Shown: piece by piece, positions 24,401 to 39,400 of the stretch
How the letters are laid out: every line of letters begins with the position of its first letter
Numbering within the stretch: position 1 is the stretch's first letter
NCBI GenBank assembly: GCA_002633005.1
Contig: NMRA01000182.1
Coordinates: forward strand, 603,768-667,767
Direction of reading: 5' to 3'
DNA: 64,000 nt
Source of the DNA: Phoronis australis
Taxonomy: Eukaryota; Animalia; Phoronida
Position numbers and translations under genes: made by a program
Notes under the pieces: model-generated
The model's database searches: none
What the model was told of the DNA's origin: nothing
The model's input: only the letters and a program-made list of their open reading frames with translations

Positions 24401-27400
24401 CAAATTGAACCACCAACATTATTATTTATGCCAAATAACTGGATTCACACTGTTTAGCTGGCTAAAAACGAAAATTGAATTAAGCCTTTTACACTCATAA
24501 AATCGGTTTCATAGTACTCCTTGCCGTGATGGGGTTCTCTTTTCGTTACCAACAAGAACACCGAAACCATTATCGTCTCAAAAAAAAAAAACAGTTTCAG
24601 AGTTTATTGGAGTTGGTCAACCCTAAAATGGCGCATGTGCATGGATTGGCTGTGATTTGAGCCGGCAACGGAATTGAAATCCCATCACTGTAAGAGATAC
24701 TATGAGATCGGTGAAAAGGCCCAATGCGATTTTCGTTTTTCAACCAGTTCAACGGGACGAAATGACGCTCACAACTAGTTCAAACTGATCAAGAAAACGT
24801 ATAGAACTTCGGGGTCATTTGTCGTCCTCATACTGGGCCCTCCATATTTCTATCGTTTGATATGTCAACAGGATGACTCAAAATTAATACTCCTCTCCAG
24901 AAAGAAGGCTTTACAAACGGGCCTTAATGACAGACGAACACAGCGTGCCAAGTGGCTAGTTGAATGGGTTAGGATTTCAATACTGAACAAAAAGACTGTT
25001 GAATGTCAAGCATTGGACGTTATGGCGTGGGGAAAGAGCAGATTACTCAATTGTGTTTTGTGCTTCCTTCGACGATTTCAAACCAGTGATGTAATAATTC
25101 GATTTAGTATGTTTACTGACTCGAGGTAGTGAATGCGTATAATGTTCACCGACTTTATGGTGAAGACATGACACACCCAAAGTAGCAAACAGAAATGTAT
25201 AGCACCAGTCATCGTGTAATGTACATCAAACGTTGCTCACCAAGGTTTCCACAGAGTGTCACATTCTTTTAACTTTTTCACATGAAAGAATGATTTCGTT
25301 GTCAAACCCTACTTACTTTTTAGAAGTTTTGAAAAGTGTTTAGTTGTTACGTAAGCGTCAAACCGGCGTAGCTGAATAAACCAGTCCAAAAAATGTTTTC
25401 ATGCGTCTACATACGTATATTTATATATGTAGGTGCATTATGCCGTCATCCCCGTCCATCCGCCCTGCTGTGACTGCACTAGGCATTTCGGTTACCGCTG
25501 TGCTCCCTAGTGGCAGTTTTAGACTTTTACATTCGCTTCAATCTACAATCTACCTAGGACATTACTCCCAGAATCTACCGAGTTTCTTGAAGAATTTTCA
25601 TGACACTTGGCAGAAAGTTTTTGTTATGAACACAACACCACGACCAAATTTTCCGAAGGGCCCTACGTAACCTGGCCCTAAGGTGGTCACTTTCATTTTT
25701 TGTGTCAAAGGGTCGTTATGAAATTGTACAGATGTGTTCCTATTGAGTCGAGCACGGATGACGTTGATTTATGGTCGCGTCGAACTATTGCGTATATCCT
25801 CCTATCAACACAAGTTTCTTGATGAGTTCTGACAAAATTTGGCAAATAGGATTCTGTTAAAGAGGAGACTACACGTTGCCATTAGCAGATCTAGCCAACA
25901 TTTTCTGTGACTCCTACTTCTAATTGTTGAATTTACTTTTGCGTCAATTTTTAGCGTGTACCTCTCTATCTGCTAAAGGATCATTATAAAATTTTACACA
26001 AGTGATCCTATTGTACGAACTTTGAAATCTGCGCATATGCAAACAACGACATTATTGTCACTAAACCATTCTCAAGACAAATGTTCACGATATTCCTGTC
26101 AGGTAACACAGGTGGAGAAAAGTCTGCACATTCTGGCGTAGATTTGCGGGAGAGTTCAACTACTGTTGGGTACCTTACTGACAAATTTTTTTTATGAAAT
26201 TTGGTATATGTGTTCCAGCTGAAGAAAGTATGCCTCACCTTGCTTTTGGGACGAATCCATCAACTATGGCGTCCCCTAGTGGCAATTTAGGTTTTCTTTG
26301 AACATCTTCACGAAATAGGCAAAACAAGTTTCTAGCACTTGCCTAATTTCAGACCGAGTTGATTTATATTGCGACCCCAGTGGCCTCTTTATTTTACAAA
26401 TTACACGATACTAATAAACACCCCCACATGCATACTGTTTGTAGTGCTGTTGTTGAGCCCTGTGTTGCTCTTGTTTCAAATACCTTACCGCAGAAATTAT
26501 GTGACGTCGTGGCTATTACTGACTACCATACCTTTTAGTTTCGAGACCTGTTTTGAGCAGTAGTATTAGTCTATATATAAATGCCCTTATAACCTTTACA
26601 AGAAAATAAAACGGCAAAAATAATGCATTAATTCGTTGATAAAAACTTAACGAGACACAGTTAACAAAAATTCCATGTTTTAAAAATGTATTTTCCTTTA
26701 TATTCGCCAATGTAGAACACAGGAAGAGTTTCGTCAGTCGAAAGGTATTATGCTCTTGTGATGGTACACATCGGCTGTTATAAGATCAAAATTTTAATGT
26801 TCACAACAGGTGGAACCCGTTCTTGCTGACAATGCAGAATTAGATGACCACGAAACAGATTTCTCCAAGGACGAGAACGCCCAGAGAGGCAACTGGTCAG
26901 GACGACTGGATTTTCTGCTCTCTTGTCTTGGGTACGCCGTAGGACTCGGAAACGTATGGAGATTCCCTTACCTGTGTTACAAGAATGGAGGCGGTAGGTA
27001 CGGCCACCAGGTGGCTCTTGTGCATTGCAGTCGAACTAAGAGTAACAGAACAGCAACTGTCTTGTATTGAGAATTGTGTTGTTAATCTACTAACACTCCG
27101 ATGGAAAAGAATTCAATTCTTAACTCTTTGGTAAACTTAGTCGTATGTCCAATGTGGCTAAAATGTTTCTCAATGTTTAATTTTAATTCTCCTGTGTACA
27201 ACTGACGATAGAAACCAAAATTCGAATTCTGGTGAAAAGATAGTTGTATTAGCGTAAGAGTAATTTTTAGTGCTGAATGAATTTTTTATGCAGGTTACTT
27301 TTATTGTGAAAATGACTGAAACCAGTGCATTTATTTATTAAGTATAGCTCTTGTGTTTGTATCCATTTTAAAACTATATTGAACGCTGCTTCAGCTGGTC

Positions 27401-30400
27401 AAGACAAAATACGAGCAAAGGAGTTACGCCGTATTACTTAAACGGAGCTCAACATACCTTTAAAATCTGTCCTGCAACACTACCTTGAATTTGAAGTGTG
27501 TGAGCCTTTGGAGATTTTCAACTTAATCAAGCACTGCAAGTCGTACTCGCTGCTATTAATTATGCATTCTTTCTCTGTCTTTGTAGGCGCCTTCTTCATT
27601 CCCTACTGTATCATGTTGTTCTTTGTCGGCATACCCATCTTCTTCTTGGAGCTGTCTCTTGGCCAGTTCAGCAGTTCGGGGCCCCTCACATGTTGGAGAT
27701 TTGCCCCTGCATTCACCGGTGAGGACAGCTTTTCGTCGCATTTTTCACAGCCTTTCGCCCCATTCTGTCGATCCTCTAATAATGGAGTTGATCATTCAGA
27801 TTCTTCAGTAAAAACCAAAGCGTGACGCCAACGAAAAGTATCGAGTTGTTTTTCAGATAATTGTTTTCGTATGGTACAGGGACGTTACTAAAATTGAAAG
27901 AGGGTATTACTTAGTAACGTACTCCTCTTGTCACTCTGGGTAGATGACACATGAAGTCTCGAAGAAATATATAAAATTTATATTTTGTTTGAATTTTGAT
28001 TAAATGTCAATTCACGTCTTCGAGATGCTGTGCGCCACACATGTCGCCATGAAATATTTATTCAAAATGTGACTGCAGTTGCTAGCACATGTTTCAATAT
28101 TACCATAGTGAATTAAAACTGTAAAATATTTGCTTAGTGTTCGGTGTCGATTTTTTCAGTAGAAGCAAAGATTGAACTAAAACTTTTATCTTGGGTTTCA
28201 ATTAAAATGTCAATTCTTACAAAATGTACAAATCTCTCTGTCTCGTTTCATTCGTGCTCTCACGAACTATTGTCTTACTAAACATGTGTGTTACAGGTAT
28301 TGGCGTTGCTATGGTAATTGTTTCCGCACTGGTGTCCATCTACTATAACATGATCATAGCCTGGTCCATCTACTACCTCTGCGCCTCGTTCACTTCCGAT
28401 TTACCTTGGAACCACTGTCCCGAAGACCGCTCATCACCAAGTAAGTAACAGTTTCACCTATTTGTTGCAGCACGTTGAAGACTAAGTGCCAGTCGGAAAT
28501 AAGAGTACAACGACCATTTAGAAATAGCGAGCCAAAAAAAAAAGAACTGTGTAGGGATTGTTATGATGAAACTAAATTGAAGCTAATAAATGTCTGTAAT
28601 TTAGATGATTGTTAAAATTTCTTTAGTTCAAGATGTACTGTCATACATTACCATTGACCGGAAGCATCATACCAATGCAATGCACCGGAATTCAAGTTAA
28701 CACACCTTTATTCTTAAAATTTCTAGGAAGATCCCCCAACCCCCCTCAATTCCCATACTCGGACACCTTAGCTGAGTCATTTGTGAGGAATCACCGAAAA
28801 ATTTTTTGCTCCCCCTCTACATGCTGAAAATGCCATGTTCAAGATGACTTGACATATGCGAATGGTTCATTGCTTTCTTATTTACATGCTTTTGCGTCTG
28901 CAAAAATGGACAGAGTCGATGATTCTTGTCATTTACAAACAAAATTTGTAAGAAGTATTTGTTTCAGTCATTTTTGGTGCAGGTTGAAATTAGGTAAAAT
29001 CGAGATCTCTCTTCTCCAAACAGAAAATTCCGTGGATGATTTTTGTCACACTAGCGTATCCGATCTAGGATCTCGCAAGGATACCAACCACAATTCTGCA
29101 TTAGGGAAAATGTTCGCGTAAGGCTGAATAGTTATGGTCGCGTCCGGAGTACCCCCTAAGTCCAATTGTGGGTAACACTTGAAGAAATCGATGTTTCGGC
29201 GCATTTTGAAGTAGGTTGATGACATTAAGAGTAAATCTTTATCACATGCCCACCAAACGGCGCATTCCAGAACCGCCTTTCTTCTATACATGATCCCGCA
29301 TGCGTTGTATTTTTCAGTGTGTCTTCTGAGGATGCCTGACATGCATGTCGACAACTGTACGTCGAGTGTGAACGTAACTTTGTTCCGCAACATGACCGAC
29401 GGAGTCTGTTATGACACTAAGAAAAAGGCCATGGTGGGAGTGTTCAATAGTACGGCATTCACAGCGATGGGATACAAGCGCTCGACTCCCGCCGAAAACT
29501 ACCTCGAGTATGCACTATTTATTATGCGTCCACATCTTTATTTGTTGGTGCAAATTGCTGTCACCTCTGTTAGGGCGCCCGGACGTCAGACGTGTGCGGC
29601 TGTATCTCCTAAACCCTTGCAACATCGTAATGAAATTTGGCAGACGTGTTCCTTTGCGGCTGATGGCAGACGACAACAAGTTTTGGACAGATCCGACTAC
29701 CGCTCTGTCCCCTAGTAGCAATTTTAGTTTTTTTACATTTGGTTCTGTATCTTTAGAGTTCTTGAATGGATTTTCATAAGATTTAGCACACAGGTTTCTA
29801 TTAAGGAGAGGACAGTGCCTTTCCGTTTTGGGCGGATCTGACGTATTTTGCGACTTGGTGGGAATTAAAAAATCGAGTACGTTTTTGACGTCCGCCTGTC
29901 TATCCGCCAAACCGCTCAAGGGATCACTATGAAAACTTGCAGATATGTACCTGATGAAAAGACCGCGGCTAACACTGATTTTTGGACAGGTTCGACTATT
30001 CTGGGCTCCCTTGCAGCAATTTCTTTTTGTTTTACTTCCCCACGGTCATATATACATAACTCTTTTGGATGACCTGTGTGAAATTTGGCATACATGTTCC
30101 TATGGAGATAGTTACGGATGACTACGAGTTTCAGACCTATCCGACAACAGCTGCGTTCTCTTGTGGCAATTTTACTTGTTTTTACGTTTGCCTCAGCCGT
30201 TCGTTTGAGCTCATCCATTTTTGTGAAATTTGGCAAATAGGTTTCTAGTACGGAGATAATTATTCCTTTCCATTTTCGGATTGATTCGAGGTGTTGCGGG
30301 CCACCTAGTGGCCAGTTTTATTTTTTCGAGTTCGTTTCTAGCGTCGGCCTTGTTATCCGCCAAACTGCTCAAAGGATCATTATGAATTGTAGCACTTATG

Positions 30401-33400
30401 TTCCGGGCCGATGAGAAGACCATGGCTGGCGTTGATTTTGGAATGTGTCTGAGACCTGTGGCGTCTCCTAGTAGCTCCTGATTCCTTTACAGGATGCTTT
30501 TGAACATTTGCATGTTTTTTCCTGTTGATGTGACAATGGCTTGCCACCGTTTTGCCTCCTAATGGCAATTTTGTTTATTACCTTTGACACAAAATCTTAA
30601 GAATTTTTTCATGATATTTGGCAAAGACGTTTCTATTATGAAGATGACAGCACCTTTCATATTTGGGATGGATTTGGCATATGATGCGCCATCTAATAGC
30701 CATTTTCTTGATATTAAAATCACCCCAACAAGCACACAGTTTGCGTTGCAGTCATGGTGGGATTTCAAGTTTCCCCGTTGCTCTTGTGTTTTTGGTCTTT
30801 AGTATTCTAAAATTAATTTCATAACGCAGGAGTAAGACTAAGACACAAATATAATCATGGCTGCTTCAAAAGCAGACCATAGTACTGCAGTAAATTTCCC
30901 CTTTAATTTTACTAATTAAAATTCAAAGGGCCTGCGTTATTATAATTGTCTATGGGCGTTTATAACGAACTAATCAATCTCTCACTCACTGCTACAAACT
31001 AACGGCAGGCCAAAATCAATTTTTTTTTCAAAATAAATATAGCCTTATCTTTGAAGTTTATGGTAAAACTATTTCATACGTACGTTGCAGATACGTTGCC
31101 TTGGGAACGGCCTACAGTCCAGGTATCCATAACATCGGAGGTATTCGTTGGGACCTGAGTCTCTGTCTTCTGGCAGCTTGGTTCATTATCTTCCTCAGCT
31201 TAATCAAAGGAATTAAGTCTTCCGGAAAGGTAATCTTGAACTTGAAAATACTCTCTGCCACATTATGGGCGCATTTAGACCCATGCGCATGCATAATTTC
31301 ATTAAAGGTATTATGAAATAACAAAAAACAAACTGGAACATTCAGCTCAAACACGCGCATGTAGAAGGAACAATGATTCCCTTATAATCTAAATTTAGAG
31401 GCTTGCCGCTATGGGCGAAACACTTGAGGAAAATACCTGGGCATGAGTTTGATCTGCGAGTTTGCTTTATTCGATGTTGTTCCTATGTATTAAGCAAAAA
31501 TAGAACACTCTCAGGGTGATTTGGGCTCATATGGATCGAGATTCATATGACTTGATATGCCACCAGAGCGACTACTGATAATTCTAGTTCTATTTCTGTT
31601 TAGATTAACAAGTTGTTACCTGTTTTCATGTTTGGCATCGTCTGCTCGCTTTGTATTCAGAGATTTTGGTTTCTACAGCACCTGAGTGGTCAGATCGCGA
31701 ATATCGACTTCTGACGTCCGGGCAGCATGAATGAAAAGTGACATCCACGGCCAGACTGGTCAGTTTACGCCATACCGGAAGTTATAGTATCGCATTTTAG
31801 GCAATCACAGGACAAAAGTATCAGTGGTCGTGTAATAATGTTATGTTTTAAGACATGGCTCTGAGATATGTTTGAGGATACTCTGGAGCCATTTTAAAAT
31901 CATGAGCCAAGTTTGAAAAACATGAATGATAAAAATCATAATGTATAATGAGCTAGGATCTCCAGTTTAAATATGATTTGTATCCTTGTAGGTCGTCTAT
32001 TTTACTGCCCTATTTCCTTACGTCGTTTTGATCGTGTTGCTTGTTCGAGGCGCCCTGCTTGATGGTCATTTAGATGGTATTCGGTGGTATCTCTACCCAG
32101 ACTTCAACAGACTCCTCACCGCTGACGTAAGCTTCCTTGAAGTTGATTGTTAACCATAAAACTCCAGTTCTATGCTAAGACTTACGGTGCGTTGATAAAA
32201 TATTTAAAGTGCTTAAAACCAACAATTTCAAATCAAAACACCAAAACAACCCCCCACCAGGCGATCAGCTCTCAAATTAGAACACCCGAAAACTGTAACT
32301 GGCGATATGTTAATTAGGTGATCTCCTGTTACGAGAAGTGATTGGTCGATATACACGTTACGTAGAATCAGGATAATCAATCAGAGCACCAGGTATACTC
32401 CATTGTGTTTAGTTTGAAAGTCGGCAAAAGTTGCTGCTCGTTTTCCCACGGTTTATGATATNGGGGGGGGGTGACTGTGACTAGACCCTACTCCGTATTT
32501 GAGCACGCTGTGACTTTCACTTTTGCTGTGGGACATCAGGGAAGCGCACATATGACACAAGTTTGTACAAGAAATTCGCGTATTGGTGGTATTACATACT
32601 GGCGCTGAGTGAGTTCATACGACACACTCATTTGCGTGGAGCTACAGTAAGAAACTCTCAATTAAAGTAACTTTTTTCTGTTTTCTCCTTTGTGAGAAAC
32701 TGAATTCACGGTTATGATATGTAGTCTGTAAACGAAGGTTTAATGATGTTGTCAAAACAAGGTAAATAGTGGTTTTAGGCACTTTAATTCAAAAGAAAAG
32801 GACAATGCATGTGATCTTTCCTTCAATCGCTTGATCAGAAACCACATTCGAATACCTTTAAAGCAACGGGATGGAATTTTTTGTCCTTACCATTTTGGAA
32901 TTCGCATCAACATTATCACCATGGCTTTGCAAAACGTAAAAATAAACGACTGGTCCCAGTGTGGATAATAACTTAATGTCTGCCTGTTGTCAGCTGGTCT
33001 CATCAAATGGCCGCGGCAACGGCAAACGCAATCTACACTTCGCTCACATAATAAGTACTATTACCCGTTTTTAGATTAAACTACTTTGACGTGCTCCCGC
33101 TCCCCACGGTTCTGCGCCGCTGTTTATCCTAAGGTTTGAGGGCATATAACAACACGTACTTGTTTTGTCCCAATGTCTGCTCTTGTTTATTTACCTGTCA
33201 CCTTTCTGTCTCAAGGTATGGAAAGATGCAGCTGTCCAGATCTTCTTCTCGCTCTCTGCTTCTTGGGGTGGACTGATCGCGCTCTCCAGTTACAACCGTT
33301 TCCATAACGACTGCTTCAGGGACACCATGATTGTGTGCTTTGGGAACTGTCTGACAAGTTTCTTTGCTGGTTTCGTCATCTTCTCTTACGTTGGTTATCT

Positions 33401-36400
33401 GGCCAAACAACTGGGAGTGAAAATCGAAGATGTGGCCAAAAGTGGTAAATTTAAAATTTTGTTTTTCTTTGATATTATTTCGACTATCCATGTATGCATT
33501 ATGTCATGTATGCATTATGTATCTATGGACGTTTGACGCAAGAGCATCCACCATAGTCTCATCGGTATTTTAGCAGACCCAACCCTCCACGGCTTGTTAC
33601 GAAAGATGATCAATGGAATGAACATGCAAGTTCTATAAAGCAATACAGCGATGAACGTTTTCATGCAGTGGCGTTTCCCTCCGCTTACATATACACGTGT
33701 AGTTGCATATTTTTGTCAACTCTTCCTGGGCATCCGGGTCCGGCGTCCCCTTGGAGGATCTAATATGATTTGGCAGATGTATCGTTATGAAGCTAGCGAC
33801 AGATGACAGGTTTCGGATCGATCCGGCTACTGCTGTGTCCCCTACTGGAAGTTTTAGTTGTACATGTATGTTTGCATCAGTATCTTCGGTGTGCCTCGAT
33901 GGATCTCAATGAAATTTGGCAAGTAGGTTTCTATGAAAGAAACGACGATTCCTTTCCATTTTGGATGGGTTTAACGTGGCCATTTTCTTTTTTTCCGTTT
34001 GCCTCCTGCCAAACCACTCTACGTAATTACGAATATGAAAATTAACTGGTGTGTTCCTGCGGAGAAGAAATTGATTGGTGTTGATTTTCGGACGGGACCG
34101 AGCAATGTGACGCCCTTATCTGTATTTTTTTTCGTTCACAGCTGTATCTCCTTAACCCCTCGCAGCAACTTTATGAAATTCGACAAGTGTTCTATGAATG
34201 TGACAACGGATGACTATAATGTTTGGACAGACCTGACTACCGCTGTGCCCCTATTGGCAATTAATTTTGTTAAGTTTACTTCTGTATCTTAAATCAGAGT
34301 TCGTGAACAGGATATCATAAAATTTGACAAGCAAGAAACTACGACATCGTTCTGTTTTCGGGCGGATTAGACGTACTATGCGCTATCTAATTACCATTTT
34401 CATTAAATTTGAACTTGTTCGACTTCTGTGGCGCCCCCTAGTGACAGTGCTATTTTGCATTCACAGCTGTATATCCTAAGCCCTCCAAGGATTTTTATGA
34501 AATACGACAGGTGTATTCCTACCAATGTGGCAACAGGTGAAACTTCGGATGGTTCCCAAAACCGATATGACTAGTAGTGGCAATACTGTTTTTTTTACGT
34601 TTTGCTCTTGTTTCTGCGAAGTAAATCGAGTGATTTTGGTGAAATATGGTTTCTGTTCAGGAAGCTACGAGTCCTTCCCATTTTCGGTCGGGTGTCCCTT
34701 ATTCTACGCCACCCATAACATAATTTGAGACTAATAAACGTCCCTAGAAGCATACCATTAGCGTTGCAGTCGTGGGCGCTTGTATTGCTCTTGTAAATCA
34801 GTTGTCTGCTAAGATGCACAATGTCATGGAAACGCGCTCTACTCGAGACACTAGAAACGCTATCTTCTGCAAACTGTACTTTGAAGTTTCATTACAGGTG
34901 TTACATTGGCTTTTGCCATATACCCCGAGGCTGTTAAACGTCTACCCGTGCCTACTCTCTGGTCTATCCTCTTCTTCTTGATGCTGATCACGCTTGGACT
35001 GGACAGTCAGTTCGCCATGGTGGAGACGGTGCTGACATCTTTCGAAGACATCTGTAAATACGTGCGAAGGCACAAGTCGTGGTTCCTTCTACTCTACTGC
35101 TTTGTCTTCTATCTGATCGGCTTATGTATGTGCACCAACGGAGGACCTTATATCCTGCAAATTCTGGACGACTACACGGGTGGATGGAACTTACTCGTTG
35201 TCTCAATCACTGAGTGTGTTGCTGTCGGATGGGTGAGTACATACTAAGGTGTAAAGCCAAATGTTTTACTATGACTAGACCTAAATGTTTGGGAAAGTCA
35301 CTCACAAGCCCACACGGAGACTGGCTTGCTATACCATATACGCGTTAAGCCTACATTTCGCCTAGCTGCATGAGATGGATAAAAAAAACGAAAATCGAGT
35401 TAGGCATTTTACTCGAAAAAATAATCAATTGATAGGCTTTCATTTCCGCTTCCAACTGCTAACACGGCCGATGCGTACATGCTTCATTTTCGAACTTTCG
35501 AATTTTAGGCGTGGCCAACCCAATTAACTCTGACGTGTTTTCTTGAGTCGTTGGTGGCTTTGATATTCTTATTGGTAATGGAAATAAAATCCCGTCACAG
35601 TAAGGAATGATATGAGATCGATTTTATGAGAGCAAAACGCCTAATGTGGCGCCAAATGACTGTTATAAATATCTTCTAGTGAAGTACATTCTACAAGCTG
35701 CAAACCAGTTTTCATTTTTTGACCAATTAAATCTGCAAAATATGACACATTTTCTTTCAGATGTGCTGAATTGTAACTCAGTTTTACAAACCGATTCATT
35801 TCACTACATCACTTTCTCAAATATTCAAAATTGAAATGTGTATTACGAGCCTTGTCATTTCTAATTGGCAAAACAGAGAGATGTTGGCTGGGCAGCTACC
35901 TACATTGTCCAAATTGTAAAATCTTGCAATTTGCAGTCTCGCTTGCTTCAAACAGGTGTACGGATTCCCTCGCTTTAAACGCGACATCGGAACAATGTTG
36001 GGCAGAAACTTCTGCTGTTGCTGTCCATGGAGCCCCCTGGGGTGGTACTGGAGTGTCTTCTGGTGCGCGCTAACTCCCCTGTTGGTCGCGGTAGGTACCA
36101 GCAGAGTCGCTGTTGTTTTACTGAATAAATGTTCAGAATTGCTGATTTATGAAGAAGACATTTCATCGACTGTAATACATTGTTATGTAAATAACGATAA
36201 TGGCTCTGACATTTTACACTATGTTCTTACTCATTGAGTCATAGTTCAAGGGGCTACAAATTTGACCCTCAAAACTAATTCCTGTTTTAATTAAAATTAT
36301 TAGCCATAAATCGTGTCTTTTATTAGGTAAAACGGCTGAATATTTGACTCGAGGTCTAATCGTTTTACTCAAATCGAAAATGTTTTTGACATTTCCCGTT

Positions 36401-39400
36401 CTTGTTATGCCCCCACATATTTGTATGTGGGTGCTAATTGTCGTCACCTCTGTCTGGACGTCTGGCGTCCGCAGCTGTATCTTCTGAACCCATTGCCGGA
36501 TCTTATTGAAATTTGGCAGGTGTGTTCTCATGGGACTGACAATAGACGAAGACGAGTTTTGGACCGATTCAAATACCAGTGTGTCCCCTAGTGGAAATTT
36601 TACTTTTTTTTTCGTTTGCCTCTGTATCTTCGGAGTTCCTTGATGAATTTTCACGAAATTCGGTAAATGGGTTTTCAATAAGGAGGCGATGATGCTTTTC
36701 TATTTTCGAACAGATTTGGTTGATTTTACGCCAGATTTTGGTCATTTTTGTTATTTTGCGTGTTTTTACTGACCTCCGCCTCTCTACCTGCCCTGCCGCT
36801 CAAAGAATCATGAAAATTTACAAAAAATGTGTTCCTGATGAGAAGGCCACGACTGACGTTGAATTTCGGACGAGTCCGACTACTGTGTCGCACTCTAGTG
36901 GCAATTTTGTTTTTTTTTCGTCTGGGGAGGAATCTCCTTAACCCTCTAAAGGAGCTTTTTGAAATTTGAAAGATGTATTCCCATGAAGCCGACGACAAAC
37001 GGTAACGAGTGTTGAACTGTTGCAAATACTACTGTGCTCCTTAGTGGCAAAATGTTTTTTACGTTTAGCTCTCTACGTAGTTCATAAATGTATTTTCATG
37101 AAACTCGGCGAATAAGTTTCCATTAAGGATACGACCACGCCTTCCCATTTTTGGGCAGATTTGATGTTTTTTGCTCCACATGGCGCGATTTAAAAAATAA
37201 TCTGCGTATGCTTTTGACGTCCGCCTCCTCAGTACTGAAACAATCATGAAAATTGACGGCTGTGTGCTAAGACCTCGGCTGACGTTGATTTTCGGATGTT
37301 TTCGACTATTCTAGTGCCTCCAAGGGACAATTTTATTTTTTGCGTCTACGACTGTATCTCCTCAACCCTTTGTAGGATCTGGGCGAAATTGGGCAGATGG
37401 GCTCCTATAGACATGACAACAGATGGCGATGAATTTCAGACTAATCAGTCTATAGCTGTGCCCCCTTGTGTCAATTGTTTTTTACGTTTGCCTCTAAATT
37501 TTTGGAGTTCCTTGGCTTAGTTTCATGAAATTTGGCGAATAGTTGTGCACTGCAGAGATCTTCAGACACCTTCTGCATTCGGGCGGGTTTGATGCACTCT
37601 GCGCCATCTAATGCCCGATTTTATGATATTAAAAACACCCCTAGAAGCACACGCACACCGCTTGCGGTGTTGTCGTGGGAGCATTTCAACGCTCCGCATT
37701 GCCCTTGTTTAATTCGAAACCATGATAATTATCGAATATTCTGTACGTGAGTGTATTTTGCATTACACAAGCGAGTGTGTAGTCCAAATTCACACCTGAT
37801 GACTTCTAGATTCAAACTACAAAATCCAGTAAAAACTTGAGATTTCGAGTTCAGACTTGAACTTATAGCTTTAACCTAGGGGTCATCGAGTGCCATCCAA
37901 AATAAAAGAGAGCACTTAAATCACCACTCTCAAAAATAATTTTAAACTACATACCACAGCTCAAAACTTGCCATGTATAACAAAATTATTTTTTTTCTAA
38001 TTGGGTGTAAAGAACTCAGTCCAAATGAAAATAAGGTTTTATTCCAAATAGTATCAAAATTTCTTTTTAATATTAAATCTCTTTGTGTGAGTCGATAAAA
38101 TTGTGTGCATGTGTATGAAAATGATTTATTTACATTCGTAATCGTATGTCATTCAAATCTTAACATCAGTTTTTTCAATTTATGTATTTGTGTATAATAA
38201 TTGTATATAGATTCATTTGCATTTATTTAACATACAGATACAGTGCCTCTTGGCGCTTGCTGGGCATGTATATTCACTGTACTGAAGATTTCATGATAAA
38301 CGTTAAAAAATCAAGTGCAAAATAGGACTACGCAGTTAATCCAGGGAAACCATCATAGAGCCTAGTAAATGTTAACAATAACTTCTAGTTCAATTTCGAG
38401 TAAAAAGATTATACCCCGGGTCTAGTTGTAAAATAAAGTGATTGCTGTAGTTATGAAGTTTACTGCCTCTTGCTGCTCACCGACTGAAATAGAAGGTGTA
38501 ATTTTCTTCCAACAGGCAGTCATGGTTTTCTCGTGGGTGCGTTACTCTCCCTCGTCCTACGGCACTTACCAACTGCCAATGTGGGCTAATGGTATTGGCT
38601 GGGCGATGACTGCTAGCGTGCTGCTCGGTCTTTTTGTGACTTTCTTCGGCATGATCATTTACTACAGCCTACGCGGAAGCGTAAGTCGAGTGTTATTTCA
38701 ATTTGGTGTCTCGTTATAATGTTTCTCATCACACCCCAGTGTTCATGGTTGAAACCTCGTATCCAATGTAATTTAGAATCCTAGATGGAACTGGAAATTC
38801 ACGAGGTATCCCAAGTGACGCGCATGACTTCTCCATACAAATGCCTGCATTCAGGTAAATCTTATCACACGTACGCCCTTATGTTTAGAAATTGCTTTCT
38901 GCTCTCGATCCATTTAGATTTCAAAAAGAGGGACTTTTATTAAATAGCACCACCTAACAGCGCTGTCATAATTGTTGTATAAGTCATCTGGCATAGCAGG
39001 GTACTGAGGATCCCTTACCAGCAGAACTGGCCATTGGAATAGAAACGTCAGTGGCTGTTGAAACGTCACACGTTTGAACACTCGACTTCAAAATCTTAAT
39101 TAGTGTGACGTGCAGCCACGTCAATTCAGTCGTTGCACGTGTCTCAATCTCGTTTCTAACCATAATCAGTTTTGTGAAGAATCCCAATTTTGTCAAAACT
39201 ATCACATCGTGCAAATGTCGCACGACCCTCGAACGAATTCATGAGACATTTTGCGTGTTTTGTGATCGTGTTTATATTGGATATTGGTTCAGTTGGTGCT
39301 TTTCTATTTCCCTACAGCCGCTGGATGCGTTCCGTCCCACTAAGGAGTGGGGACCAGCCCTCGTCAAACATAGACGACTTATCACTTACGTCCCTGGATT

